Shown here piece by piece: positions 19,001 through 28,741 of a stretch of 29,714 bases of DNA. Numbering within the stretch: position 1 is the stretch's first letter; each line of letters begins with the position of its first letter. The notes below the pieces were generated by a model. The model worked only from the letters and a program-made list of their open reading frames with translations. It did not search any database and had not been told where the DNA came from. The DNA is taken from positions 1 to 29,714 of the IMG/VR virus record IMGVR_UViG_3300020401_000065; one strand, given 5' to 3'. Made by a program: the position numbers and the translations under genes. Source of the DNA: a virus (lineage: Duplodnaviria; Caudoviricetes).

Positions 19001-22000
19001 GTATCACCAGTAAAATCGTAATTATTACCTTGATTATTTGATGTAGTGGGTGTTTGGAATATACCATTCAATAACACAATACTACCACCAGTTTGAATAC
19101 CAGTTGCATTTGCACCAGCAACTTTCATTAAATGTGTAGCACCTACTCCTGTGAATCCATCAGAAATATCATCAAAAATTCTATTCTTATCGTAACTTTG
19201 TCTTAGATAAACTCTACCATGAAAATCTGATCTTGGAATGATTGAGTTAGATGCATCTCTTTTTGTGATATTAGAACCTTTTGGTGGATCTGTAAAATGT
19301 ATTTTACTATCTACAATATTAAATGACCCTTTAAATTTCCTTACTGCAGTATTATCATTATGAGATGCTGCAATAGTTCCTAATGCACCCCTCTCAACAC
19401 TAACTAATTTGAAAGATCCAGTTCCAGTAATTGGGCCAACTGCAAGTGTGCCTAGACCAACAGCAGTAACTTTTAAAAATTCATCATCAATTTTTAATAT
19501 ATCACTCGTAGTGATAGAGGATAATCCAGCAATACTAGCAAAAGTATCAGTGGCAGATATACTTCCTCCGTTATTTGTTAATGTAGTATTAATTGGTGTA
19601 AATGCAATGGGAGATTGTATTAATCCATCAATAACTATTAAACTCTTTTCAAGTTTTTTAGTCATTTCTAATTGATGTGCATTACCTGCACCAAGTGAGG
19701 TAAATGTTACAGCAGTTCCTGCATTTGCATTTGATAAAGAAGTTGCTAATCTAAATTTATCAGAGTTATCTCTTATTGCAAAAACATCAGTAGGTAAATC
19801 AGTTCCCGGTGCAGTTTCCATAGAATCTGCGGTCACTCCAATAAATGTGCTCTTTGGAGTATATTTTAATTTTTCACCAGTATTGAAGAAATGATCTTTT
19901 ATTAAAAACTCACCAGTAGCTGCAACAACAATATTATTATCAGATGGATTAAATGTTTTTGCAAAAATTGGAATGTTATTATGTTTTAAATCAAATTCAG
20001 TTTTATTTGACCTATTACCATTTACAGCATTATATAATGTTACCCCTACATTTTCAGTTACACGACCATAAACAAAATCTGGTGGTGTATTAAATAAATC
20101 TAAATCAGTGTAAAATACTTCACTATAAGCGGATACTTCTGCATCAGTAACTCCAGTATCAGGATTAAATCTTAAATTAAATTTATTATTTGCAAAGTTT
20201 GCAATAAATGTACCTATACCAGCTGTGCTTCCAATAGAGATGAATGGATAATGAACAACAGAGGTATCTGTACCATTATGGGTTGCTAAAACTTGATGCA
20301 TTGCAATGGTTGATCCAACTGCAACTTTAACTATACTTTTTATAGTGCTAAATTTATTTGAGTCTACACCAACGAGAGTTGAAGTACTACTTACTCTCTT
20401 AAATGAGGATTGCAAATTAACTGTTCTTTCATTTCCTGCAGATTGAGCAGCATCTTTGAATCTAAATGTACCTATACCAGCAGTTGTAGTTCCAAAACCC
20501 ACTACCTTAGATCTTAATGTGGCAGTGTTGATTCCTGTATTTTCAAAATCGATTGATAAAACACCTGAACTCAAATTAGATGTAAATGTACCTATGAAAT
20601 TATTTGACAAATTATCTAATGATCCAGAGTCAGCATAATATTCAGAGAAGTAAGAATCTGTTCCGTCATGAGTAACGTATAAGTCAACCACATTTTTTTC
20701 ATTAGTTACATTATCAGTAACCTCAACTGTTGCATAAAATGCCGATGTTACACCAACTTCACCATTAACTAAAGATATTGTGGCTGATGGATCTGCAGTT
20801 TTTGCTACACCAACAAGATTAATAAATCCGATTGAATTAGTATTAATTCCTGCTGTAGTGCTATTAAATCTACTTCTATAAATTTTGATGTCTAAATCAT
20901 CATCAAATACATTTGTAGGAGTTATCCTTAAGAAAGTATCGCTTGTTGATGAATCTGCTATACCTTCAAAGTCAACAATCGTTTGAGTTCCTATTCCTAA
21001 TTGGTTTTTCTCAAAGGTAAATGTATCTGTATTATCTTTATAAATGACTAATTCATTTACCTGAATTTCATTTGTAGATGGATTTTCTGTTTGTATAACA
21101 AAACTTTCATAGTCAGCAAGAATTGGAACATCAACTTTTCCACTTAATGTGCTATTTGTATTTGAAAACAGATTACTAAAATCATCAATGTCTAAAACTC
21201 TATTAGTTAAACATTGAATAAAATCTGATAATTTTGTGCTTTGTAATCTTAAAAATTTAGATTGTGTTAATCCAATATTATCAGTATCTACAACAAAATC
21301 AAAATTATTGATAGTATCAACTCTTTCTTCACTTATCACATCTCTACCTATTACCAAATCAGATATGGAACTTATTCCTGATTTAGCTTTTGAAGTTAAA
21401 ACTGTATCAGAAAAGTTTTTCAAACCTGAAGTGTGAATTAATCTATTTACAGGATCACTTATCTCAGCAAAAGTTTGTGAACTTTGAATAGTGTATGCTA
21501 AATTTTGATAATAATCATTATCTGGGAGAACCTGATAATCTTCACTTAATTTACCAATCTCAGTATTCCACCCTTGATCTTTTTCAAGTGAGTAATCAAT
21601 ATTAAATCTTCCTCGATTATTATTAAGAGTGTTAATTGTTGCCACTGTTCCGGTTATTTCACCCCTTATCAGATCACCAACTTTTAATTTTTTAGATCCA
21701 AATACCTTAATAAAATCATCAGGATTATTTTCCAATACTGTCAAATCTTCCAATACAAACCTATTATTAAATTTAATTCCTAATCTTTCACCCACTCTAA
21801 ATTCAGATGATTTTTGGATAGATCTAAATTGTGGATACTTATTAAAGTTTATTATGGTTGCATAATTTGTTTGTGATGTTTTTGCAATTCCAACAGCTGT
21901 GGATAAACCTACTAGACTAAATTCTAATTTAGCTGGACTTGTATTTTGATAATCAGTAATTTCAAAAAAGTCATATCCATAATCAGTTGAGTTATACCCA

Positions 22001-25000
22001 GATCCTATTAAATCACCATTAGCATCAGGATGTAACTGTATTCCCTCCACAAATATCTTATCACCAACAGCAAATGGTGCAGGATTAAACCCACCTATAG
22101 GAGTTACTAAAGTGCATGTAACTATACCTGTTGATGTTGAATTTGCCATTCCAACAACAGTATTTACATTTATACCATTTGAATTATTGATTGTTCTTAA
22201 TCTTTGCTCAATTGGTTTTAATCCCTTTGGTGTACTAAAAATTTTAACTGAAGATATAGAACTAGAAGTCAAACTTAATTCTATTACTCCTTGATCAGTT
22301 AATAATCCTGTTTCAGGATCCACTACAACTAAATCCGGTACAGAAAGATAATCTTGTCCTCCAGATAATATTTCTATGTCAGATATAACATCAGAATTTA
22401 TTAAAGTTATTGTAGGTGATATTCTAGCCTCTGGTCTTAATGTTTTATCTGAGTGATATTCAAAACCGGGATCTAATATTCTTACTTTGTTTATTTTATT
22501 AATAGATTGTGATAATGCTAGAACTTTTGAGTTGACACCAGACGCTGTTGTAACACTAGAAATACCGGGGAATTTTTTATATCCAAAACCACCAGATGCC
22601 AAATTAAGTGCTCCTATACCACCCACAGCATTTGAAGAACTTGTCTTATATGACAAAGTATCGGTATTACTTTGTGTATATGTTAATTTTTCAGGTATTT
22701 TTCTTAATGAAATGTTAAATGATGTAGAACCAATACCAAATACTGAATATGAACCTTCATACTCACTATCAATATAGTTAATTTTATTTCCATCTTTTAC
22801 GTCTGTATCTGATGTGCTTATAAATCCAGATTTATCGACAGCATAAAAAAGATTTACAGGGTTGTTTGAATTGTAATTTAATATAATTGTACCACCAGCA
22901 CCAATAACTCCTTGTTGTGTAATAGCAAAATTAGTTGTTGAACCACCAGAAACAAATTCATTTTTAAATTCTGAATCATAATAAAATTTTAAATCTAAAC
23001 CAGATAAAGATGAGTCTCCAACATAAAAAACAAGATCATCATTATTTACAATTGATAATGGTGGATTAATTAAAGATAATTCTTGACCAGATCCTCCAGT
23101 ATTTGTCTGTATTCCAATTATTTTGGGTGGTTCATTAATTACATCATACCTTGTTTCACCTAGTTGAAAAGAATCATCATCTATTCTATAAATGTAATAA
23201 GATCTCTGTGAAGATAATCCTGTAGCTACAGCACCACTTGTTATATCATAGTAAACTTTTTGACCTGTTACAAATCCATGATCATCTTTGAAAATTCTAT
23301 CAGTACCTACATTAGATTGAACTAATGACATGGGATTTATCAAAAGTTTATCTTCCACAGAGGAGTATTTGACTATAACCGATGTGCTCACACCTGTGCC
23401 ACCTGATATGTTAGAATCAAGAGTTAAATCGATAATTTCTGAGTTTGAAAGACCATGAGCAGTTGTAAGAGTTACTTTACTGATGATTTTTTCTACTTTA
23501 CCTAATACTTGTGTATGATTTGTCTCCAATGAATACTCAAAGTTATCTGTTGGTGAATTTTTGAAGAAAATAGTTTCTTCACCTCTAATTGTGGATAATC
23601 CTACTAAATCGTTAGAAATTCTTTTAGCAAAGACAGTTGTGCCATCTGTTAAATTAAAACTAGCTGCAACTGCTTGTGTCACACCAGTACCAACTGATAA
23701 TACACCTGCACCGGTTGGAATTTTTAATGTTAATTGTTGATTATTAGTAAAAGGATGATTTGGTAAGAAAATGCTCTTAGCAGGAACACTAATCACTTTT
23801 GATAATTCACCAGTTGTAAATGACTTAGCCATAGAAACAACTGTACCTGCAGTTAATGCTAAACCAACTTGCTCTTTTGGATTGAAAAATACTTTTTCAT
23901 TTATTTTTGAATTAAATGGATCTGTCTTAAATTCAATTGTAAATTTATGTGGGACTGTTGATACTATATCTGACAATGCATGTCCACTACCACCTACAAT
24001 ACCTCTTCTTACTCTTAATATTTTTCTATCATCAAATTTATTAATAACCTGTAATTTTTCAGTTCCTATTCCAATACTACTTCCAATTGATATCCTTTCA
24101 GGAATTGATGAAACATAAATGTCTGTAACAACACCTGCTGTAGCGTTTGCACCTAAGGCTTTATATAATACTACTGACTCAGATGATACACCAACTTTAA
24201 AAGAATCAGTTAAATGAGGAATACTTGTTGTTAAACCTGATATTGCAATCTGATCATTTTGTGTAAAATTATGTGATGTCGATATAAATCCACTAACTTG
24301 AGTAGCACTATCTCTTACAAATACTACATCATCATATGTCTGAACAGTTGTATTAATATTCAGAATTGGTTTACCAGTAACCTTAGAAACAAACGCACTA
24401 GCACCTCCCCCAGAGGTGTTACTATTATCAAATGTAAGACTATCGTTTACTTTGAATCCACTACCAGACTCTACTATTTGAAATCCTTCAACATTTCCCT
24501 CTGTAACCGATTCAATAATTGCACTTTGTTCTATGATTTCATTTGATTCTGAAATAAAATCATTATCAGCATCTGGATCAGATACTTTGTATGGAAGTGT
24601 ATTTCTTATTAAATTATTTGAATTTAAATCAAAATTATTTTGATTAATTAAAAAATTATCCTCAATAGGTGTTGATCTATAAGTATCTCCTATGAAATAA
24701 GGAAACTTAGGTTCTAATGATCCAGATGCTGCAGTTGCAACACCAACAAAATAAGCATATACACCATTTGGATACTCAGGTGTTTTACAAAATCTTCCAT
24801 TACTTTTATCTAAATCACCAGATTCATTAAAAATAAAATCTTCAACAAAAAATCCATCGGCAAATAATGTTGATGCTGGTCTATTTGCCACACCTGATGT
24901 ATTTAATTGATAACTAGTATCTATTATTTTTATTGATGAGTTTATATCATCAGGATCAGAATAACCATAAGGGCCATAAATTGGATTACCATCGTATGCC

Positions 25001-28000
25001 CAACCTACTATTGGTGAGTGTCCATTTACTGGATTAGGATCAGAAAAGGGTGATGATAACAATGATGTATTATATCCAACAACTGCATATTGAAGGTTAG
25101 TATCAGATTCTTTTAAAAGTATCTCATCATCAAATCTTTCTAAGTTATTTACTGTTAATGATCGAACTGATGGTTTAAATATTAATCCAATTCCAGCTGG
25201 TTTAACCAATACTGTTGGAGATTCAGTATAACCAATTCCCGGATTTATTATTTTTACATCAGTTATCTTTCCATTAGTAACAACTGGTCTTAATTTTGCA
25301 CCTATACCTGATCCAACACCTACAAATTCTAAATCAGGTGGTGAAAAATACTCTTTACCACCAAATCTTACATCAGCTGTGATAATTTTACCTTTTGATG
25401 CAACAACTTTTATCTCTGCATCCTTACCATTTTTTACTATAACACCCGGATCTTTTTCAAAATTTAAAATATCAGATCCATAATTTGTTCCAGATTCATA
25501 CAAATAAGTATTAAGAACTGAACCTCTAACTACAGGTGTCAATACAAGATCATCAGATCTTGTTAAAGTTGTAGGTGAATAAACTGCTTGAACATTAACT
25601 GTGATTTCAGGATAGAAAAATTCCTGTAATCCCGAACCAAAACTTGTAAATCTAACATAGTTTTTCCGAGTAAAATTACTATTGTCAGATCCATCGGCAC
25701 CTGCATTTGCTAATCTAAAGGTGTCATTATCTAATTTAATGATATAGTATTGATTGCTATTAGATAATCCACTTATGGTTGTACCACCAGATGCAAAATC
25801 ATACTTTATGATCTCTCCAGTTTCAAAACCATGATTTTTAAATGTAACAGTATTCTCTATTGTTGATATTCCTACTGGTTTGACAAATAATTTTCTATTT
25901 GTATAATTTACACCTTTATTTTTTATAACAACTGATTTTAGGTAATTTTTTTGATTAAAAAATCTAAATTTGTGAACACCTTGATTATTAACTGTGGTGA
26001 ATCCAACTGTGTTGATACCTGCGTTAAAATCATTGATTGTAGCAAATAACTTTACTGAGGTAATACCAACCACCTTTGGATAGTAAACAGACCCATCAGC
26101 AAGAAATACACCCTGATCAATGTTATTACCTGACGAATCAGTTGCAATACCTATAGATGGAAATCCATCATTATCATAAACTAAAGGCTCCCCATCTTTA
26201 AGATTATGAGGTTTAGTAAATATAATTTGATCATTGAATATGTCTAATCCACCATTTTTAGTTGATAGTCTACCGTCAAATGACAATTCTCTAAATCTTC
26301 TACCAACAACAGGTTCAATGATCGCATCTGCACCATTTCCTCCAGTTAAAGAAACAGATAAAATTCTTTCAATATCAAAATCTTGTTGATCAACTAATAT
26401 TTCACTTAAAGTTCCTTTTATTACAGGTCTTACCAAAGCAGTGACTCCTGATCCTACTTGAGGTAGAGTAATATCAGGTAAATTTATAACATCATAATTT
26501 GATCCACCATTTAAAATTTTTACTTCATCTAATGGCCCAAAGTAAATCTTGTCAAGTGACTTGTAATTTACTATTTCAACTCCATTTATAAGAATACCAG
26601 TTGTACCGGGATTAGTGATAGAACCAATTCCTGATTTTATATTGGGTACAGCAGGAAATTTCTTTAATATTTTTTGAACACCGATATTTTCATTTTTATG
26701 CCTTAATAGCACAAAACTATGACTACCTGCTCCGTCAAGTTTAAATTCTACAAAATCTGAAATTGGAATAAATGATCTTGATGTATATAATCTAATTTTC
26801 TTATTAGTAATTCTCTCAACATAATATACATCTTCTGTGAGACCATCCATTATGTTATTTGATGCCTTGTAAAATATAGCATCACCAGTTCTAAATTCAT
26901 GTGGATTAGGAAATGCAATAATTGAAAATTTCTGTGTTAAATTACTGAATCCTTGCAATTCACTAGGGTCATTACCTGTAATGGTACTCTTTGAAACAGT
27001 TTCAGTAATATCATATGATGGTAATGAAGATGATGCTACATAATAACTCTCTTCATCTTGATTATAGGTATTTTGGACATTAGCAGTAATTACATTATTA
27101 CCAAATTGTAATTGTGAAACTGAACTGAAAGCCCTATCCACTTTTCTACGTAAACTATAATCTTCATCTTTATCAATAAAAATACTATTATCTAAATCTA
27201 TTTTAATTGTACCATCACTTTGATTAGTAATATTGGTTACTGCCACTCCTGAAAGAACTACTTGTTGTGCACCACCTCTTTTAATAATATCTGCTTTATC
27301 ATTAATTTTTAAGTTAGATTTATCTACATCTGAATTAAAAAATACAACACTAGTATTAGTTGAAACACCTACTTTATTAATATGAAATGAACTAGATGTA
27401 TTATAAATCCAAGAATTAAAAAATACTTCCTTTGGTGTCTTACCAGTTATCGGATTTTGAATTACTTCACCTAAGTTTTTAACTGTAATTCTTTCACCTT
27501 CTGTCGTAACACTAGATCCCGTAGATGCTAGTAACTCAAAATTGGATAATACACCTGTAATTCTTAATTCTACCTTTTTATTGATATCACCATTTTCATA
27601 ACCAAATACAAATTCATCAGATCTTATATCATCTGTTGTTGAAATGGCAGATGTAATTCCTGTACAATTTAAAAACTGATTTAATGTTTTGTCACCATAA
27701 GTTATTGTGTTTATACCTGATACTACTGTACCAGTTGTACCAAATCCCACAGTAGAATCTACAGTAATTACAGACGAGCCAACCGATACATTATCAATAA
27801 CTTTTGATTTTCCGGGTATTGTAAATATACCATTAATACCACTCCTCTCATTAAATCCAACAAACAGACCTAATTTATAGTAAGTTTTTCTATCTCTAGT
27901 AACTATCTCAACTTCAGATACAGATGCATTTGTTTGCGAATCATTTGATTTAGTAATTGTTTGTCCTACCAATTTATTAGGATCACCACTAAGAACCTCA

Positions 28001-28740
28001 GTTAATATAATTTCTCTACGAACATACTCTGCACCAGAGGGTTTTACTAAAAATTCTTCTGTATCAATTATTTTAGGTGTAATTCCGTATAAAACATTAA
28101 ACAAAATACGGAAAGACTCTGCAGTTCCTTTAGATTGATATAATGATTTAGACTCTTTTATAAAATTACTTACATCTATATTCGGTATAAATTTGGTATC
28201 CTCTAGACCCGGAGTAAAGGTTGACTTTACTTTTTTATAAAATTCTTGTAAAAAAAGTACACTTAAGTTATTAACAGGTGCATCTGCATTATGATCGGCA
28301 GCTGTTGTATTTGAAAATATTAATTCACCGGGATTGTTTGGATCTCTATATGACGTAATACCACTAAAACCTCTAATACATCCTGTAAAACTATTAGTTG
28401 TAATACCAGTGTATGTAATTACCTCATCATCTATTTTTAAAAGACCATACTCATTAGGATATCCTTTAGTTGATGATACTTTGATTGTATCAGTTGTAGT
28501 CGTCAAACCTGTTGTAAGTGTTGTTACACCAACTATTACTTCAGGTGTTAAATTATCTAATTTAATATATTGATCTAAATTATCACTTAAATCTATTACA
28601 CCTCCACGATGTTCCTGTGAGATGTAATATTGTTTTAGAAAATCTACTGTATTTGGACTCTCTGAGAGTATAAACTCAGGAAGTTGACTTTCTATAACTT
28701 GTTGGACTTGTATACGTTTTTCGATTCCAGTTCCTATCAT
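16075..28740 (-). CDS. gp7: Giant baseplate wedge initiator (gp7-like), multi-module
   Basis: 4221 aa between gp6 and gp8. N-terminal VIESQLPEFI...FLKQYYISQE, LYQSKGTAESFRILF, DNDYYQNLAYTIQS...VNRLIHTSGLKNF and C-terminal FSWGR. Confidence 0.85.
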   Translation of the reverse strand: MIGTGIEKRIQVQQVIESQLPEFILSESPNTVDFLKQYYISQEHRGGVIDLSDNLDQYIKLDNLTPEVIVGVTTLTTGLTTTTDTIKVSSTKGYPNEYGLLKIDDEVITYTGITTNSFTGCIRGFSGITSYRDPNNPGELIFSNTTAADHNADAPVNNLSVLFLQEFYKKVKSTFTPGLEDTKFIPNIDVSNFIKESKSLYQSKGTAESFRILFNVLYGITPKIIDTEEFLVKPSGAEYVRREIILTEVLSGDPNKLVGQTITKSNDSQTNASVSEVEIVTRDRKTYYKLGLFVGFNERSGINGIFTIPGKSKVIDNVSVGSSVITVDSTVGFGTTGTVVSGINTITYGDKTLNQFLNCTGITSAISTTDDIRSDEFVFGYENGDINKKVELRITGVLSNFELLASTGSSVTTEGERITVKNLGEVIQNPITGKTPKEVFFNSWIYNTSSSFHINKVGVSTNTSVVFFNSDVDKSNLKINDKADIIKRGGAQQVVLSGVAVTNITNQSDGTIKIDLDNSIFIDKDEDYSLRRKVDRAFSSVSQLQFGNNVITANVQNTYNQDEESYYVASSSLPSYDITETVSKSTITGNDPSELQGFSNLTQKFSIIAFPNPHEFRTGDAIFYKASNNIMDGLTEDVYYVERITNKKIRLYTSRSFIPISDFVEFKLDGAGSHSFVLLRHKNENIGVQKILKKFPAVPNIKSGIGSITNPGTTGILINGVEIVNYKSLDKIYFGPLDEVKILNGGSNYDVINLPDITLPQVGSGVTALVRPVIKGTLSEILVDQQDFDIERILSVSLTGGNGADAIIEPVVGRRFRELSFDGRLSTKNGGLDIFNDQIIFTKPHNLKDGEPLVYDNDGFPSIGIATDSSGNNIDQGVFLADGSVYYPKVVGITSVKLFATINDFNAGINTVGFTTVNNQGVHKFRFFNQKNYLKSVVIKNKGVNYTNRKLFVKPVGISTIENTVTFKNHGFETGEIIKYDFASGGTTISGLSNSNQYYIIKLDNDTFRLANAGADGSDNSNFTRKNYVRFTSFGSGLQEFFYPEITVNVQAVYSPTTLTRSDDLVLTPVVRGSVLNTYLYESGTNYGSDILNFEKDPGVIVKNGKDAEIKVVASKGKIITADVRFGGKEYFSPPDLEFVGVGSGIGAKLRPVVTNGKITDVKIINPGIGYTESPTVLVKPAGIGLIFKPSVRSLTVNNLERFDDEILLKESDTNLQYAVVGYNTSLLSSPFSDPNPVNGHSPIVGWAYDGNPIYGPYGYSDPDDINSSIKIIDTSYQLNTSGVANRPASTLFADGFFVEDFIFNESGDLDKSNGRFCKTPEYPNGVYAYFVGVATAASGSLEPKFPYFIGDTYRSTPIEDNFLINQNNFDLNSNNLIRNTLPYKVSDPDADNDFISESNEIIEQSAIIESVTEGNVEGFQIVESGSGFKVNDSLTFDNSNTSGGGASAFVSKVTGKPILNINTTVQTYDDVVFVRDSATQVSGFISTSHNFTQNDQIAISGLTTSIPHLTDSFKVGVSSESVVLYKALGANATAGVVTDIYVSSIPERISIGSSIGIGTEKLQVINKFDDRKILRVRRGIVGGSGHALSDIVSTVPHKFTIEFKTDPFNSKINEKVFFNPKEQVGLALTAGTVVSMAKSFTTGELSKVISVPAKSIFLPNHPFTNNQQLTLKIPTGAGVLSVGTGVTQAVAASFNLTDGTTVFAKRISNDLVGLSTIRGEETIFFKNSPTDNFEYSLETNHTQVLGKVEKIISKVTLTTAHGLSNSEIIDLTLDSNISGGTGVSTSVIVKYSSVEDKLLINPMSLVQSNVGTDRIFKDDHGFVTGQKVYYDITSGAVATGLSSQRSYYIYRIDDDSFQLGETRYDVINEPPKIIGIQTNTGGSGQELSLINPPLSIVNNDDLVFYVGDSSLSGLDLKFYYDSEFKNEFVSGGSTTNFAITQQGVIGAGGTIILNYNSNNPVNLFYAVDKSGFISTSDTDVKDGNKINYIDSEYEGSYSVFGIGSTSFNISLRKIPEKLTYTQSNTDTLSYKTSSSNAVGGIGALNLASGGFGYKKFPGISSVTTASGVNSKVLALSQSINKINKVRILDPGFEYHSDKTLRPEARISPTITLINSDVISDIEILSGGQDYLSVPDLVVVDPETGLLTDQGVIELSLTSSSISSVKIFSTPKGLKPIEQRLRTINNSNGINVNTVVGMANSTSTGIVTCTLVTPIGGFNPAPFAVGDKIFVEGIQLHPDANGDLIGSGYNSTDYGYDFFEITDYQNTSPAKLEFSLVGLSTAVGIAKTSQTNYATIINFNKYPQFRSIQKSSEFRVGERLGIKFNNRFVLEDLTVLENNPDDFIKVFGSKKLKVGDLIRGEITGTVATINTLNNNRGRFNIDYSLEKDQGWNTEIGKLSEDYQVLPDNDYYQNLAYTIQSSQTFAEISDPVNRLIHTSGLKNFSDTVLTSKAKSGISSISDLVIGRDVISEERVDTINNFDFVVDTDNIGLTQSKFLRLQSTKLSDFIQCLTNRVLDIDDFSNLFSNTNSTLSGKVDVPILADYESFVIQTENPSTNEIQVNELVIYKDNTDTFTFEKNQLGIGTQTIVDFEGIADSSTSDTFLRITPTNVFDDDLDIKIYRSRFNSTTAGINTNSIGFINLVGVAKTADPSATISLVNGEVGVTSAFYATVEVTDNVTNEKNVVDLYVTHDGTDSYFSEYYADSGSLDNLSNNFIGTFTSNLSSGVLSIDFENTGINTATLRSKVVGFGTTTAGIGTFRFKDAAQSAGNERTVNLQSSFKRVSSTSTLVGVDSNKFSTIKSIVKVAVGSTIAMHQVLATHNGTDTSVVHYPFISIGSTAGIGTFIANFANNKFNLRFNPDTGVTDAEVSAYSEVFYTDLDLFNTPPDFVYGRVTENVGVTLYNAVNGNRSNKTEFDLKHNNIPIFAKTFNPSDNNIVVAATGEFLIKDHFFNTGEKLKYTPKSTFIGVTADSMETAPGTDLPTDVFAIRDNSDKFRLATSLSNANAGTAVTFTSLGAGNAHQLEMTKKLEKSLIVIDGLIQSPIAFTPINTTLTNNGGSISATDTFASIAGLSSITTSDILKIDDEFLKVTAVGLGTLAVGPITGTGSFKLVSVERGALGTIAASHNDNTAVRKFKGSFNIVDSKIHFTDPPKGSNITKRDASNSIIPRSDFHGRVYLRQSYDKNRIFDDISDGFTGVGATHLMKVAGANATGIQTGGSIVLLNGIFQTPTTSNNQGNNYDFTGDTTAGITTVTFTGITSANGQRIVSETDVNLNQLPRGGMIVSLGSTGGLGVAPLVGAAVTALKNANGTITSVGLSTSDILGSGYRGTVAVGVTDVAYEHRFVSSGIGSIKKAAFSGAGSQALTATNAEYTSHTGILVLTIPNHGLTTSDTVGIDTGGIVFSCSKDHFATLHPYPRAVSKTTGLPDPIAGIQTAITAVTTNTITIDVHPGGGGGTGANITATVGAGGTLAFTVVSGGTGYVNPQIDVEPPTYENLDVIGVSRLGIGPTTATGFGLKLTVDVDAAPTTGIGSTLHQVSSFKVASTGFGFKKGDVIRPVGLVTERGLSTKVSDFELTVTEVFTDNFASWDFGEFDFIDPITPFIDGVRKRFPIKLNGEFLSFEINNSNIDSSLIKMENLLLIFINGVLQEPGVAYNFEGGTTFGFEVPPDDGDDVSVFFYKGTDGVDTNIVDVNATLKEGDVVEVGRGGGVLPQTERTIVGITTSDTFETDLYTGGGIDPNTFRPIVNWRKQKIDKIIRGKVVSKARDSIEPLIFPTARIIGDLSTSNASGTDIFVDDAQFFNYEENESTIVIDTFGAQIVNNVDQVSAALTATVSAAGTISAITVVDGGSGYVGSTTSVNIAAPVGVANTLFAKVGVSTYATATATITNGSIASVAVNNIGLGYTSSNPPAVIAPSPLPLSEELTGIKDVSGFKGTITGISTLTVGVSTVGLKFGLTRDGSAALTPDLKVGYPIYIFDTFVGNGVTSLNESGNSNDTVGIGTLFLDNVYIIKQIIGSGSSIEIVTNVHSGINTAGINLASASAITFNLAVTANANVAYILNGTDRHGAETGQNPTLTIQKGDILIFTNNMNAHPLYIKDALGNGATGAYNTGVTNNGQQNGTLTWNTSSVPAGIYYYQCGSHYGMNGIINVVQNVPKGSFSWGRFSNDSTTLGRDKPVAIGVTGYTVGLSTGVGISTFPTIQRKLFGLRDTGAVRKDLP
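16279..16605 (-). other. Cupredoxin-like (type-1 copper) domain within gp7
   Basis: NPTLTIQKGDILIF...AHPLYI...LTWNT...GIYYYQCGSHYGMNGIINVV. His codon at 16456-16458 and C-x2-H-x2-M at 16300-16320. Confidence 0.75.
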
Positions 28741-28741
28741 T

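Noticed and set aside
352-28573. The many 60-149 aa + strand ORFs in the track
   Set aside because: All lie antisense to long, well-supported - strand genes and have no recognisable motifs, so they are shadow ORFs.
7263-28740. Intein, intron or homing endonuclease as the cause of the very large ORFs
   Set aside because: I saw no Hint blocks, HN-C/S/T splice junction, or LAGLIDADG/HNH motifs. Repeated structural modules account for the length.
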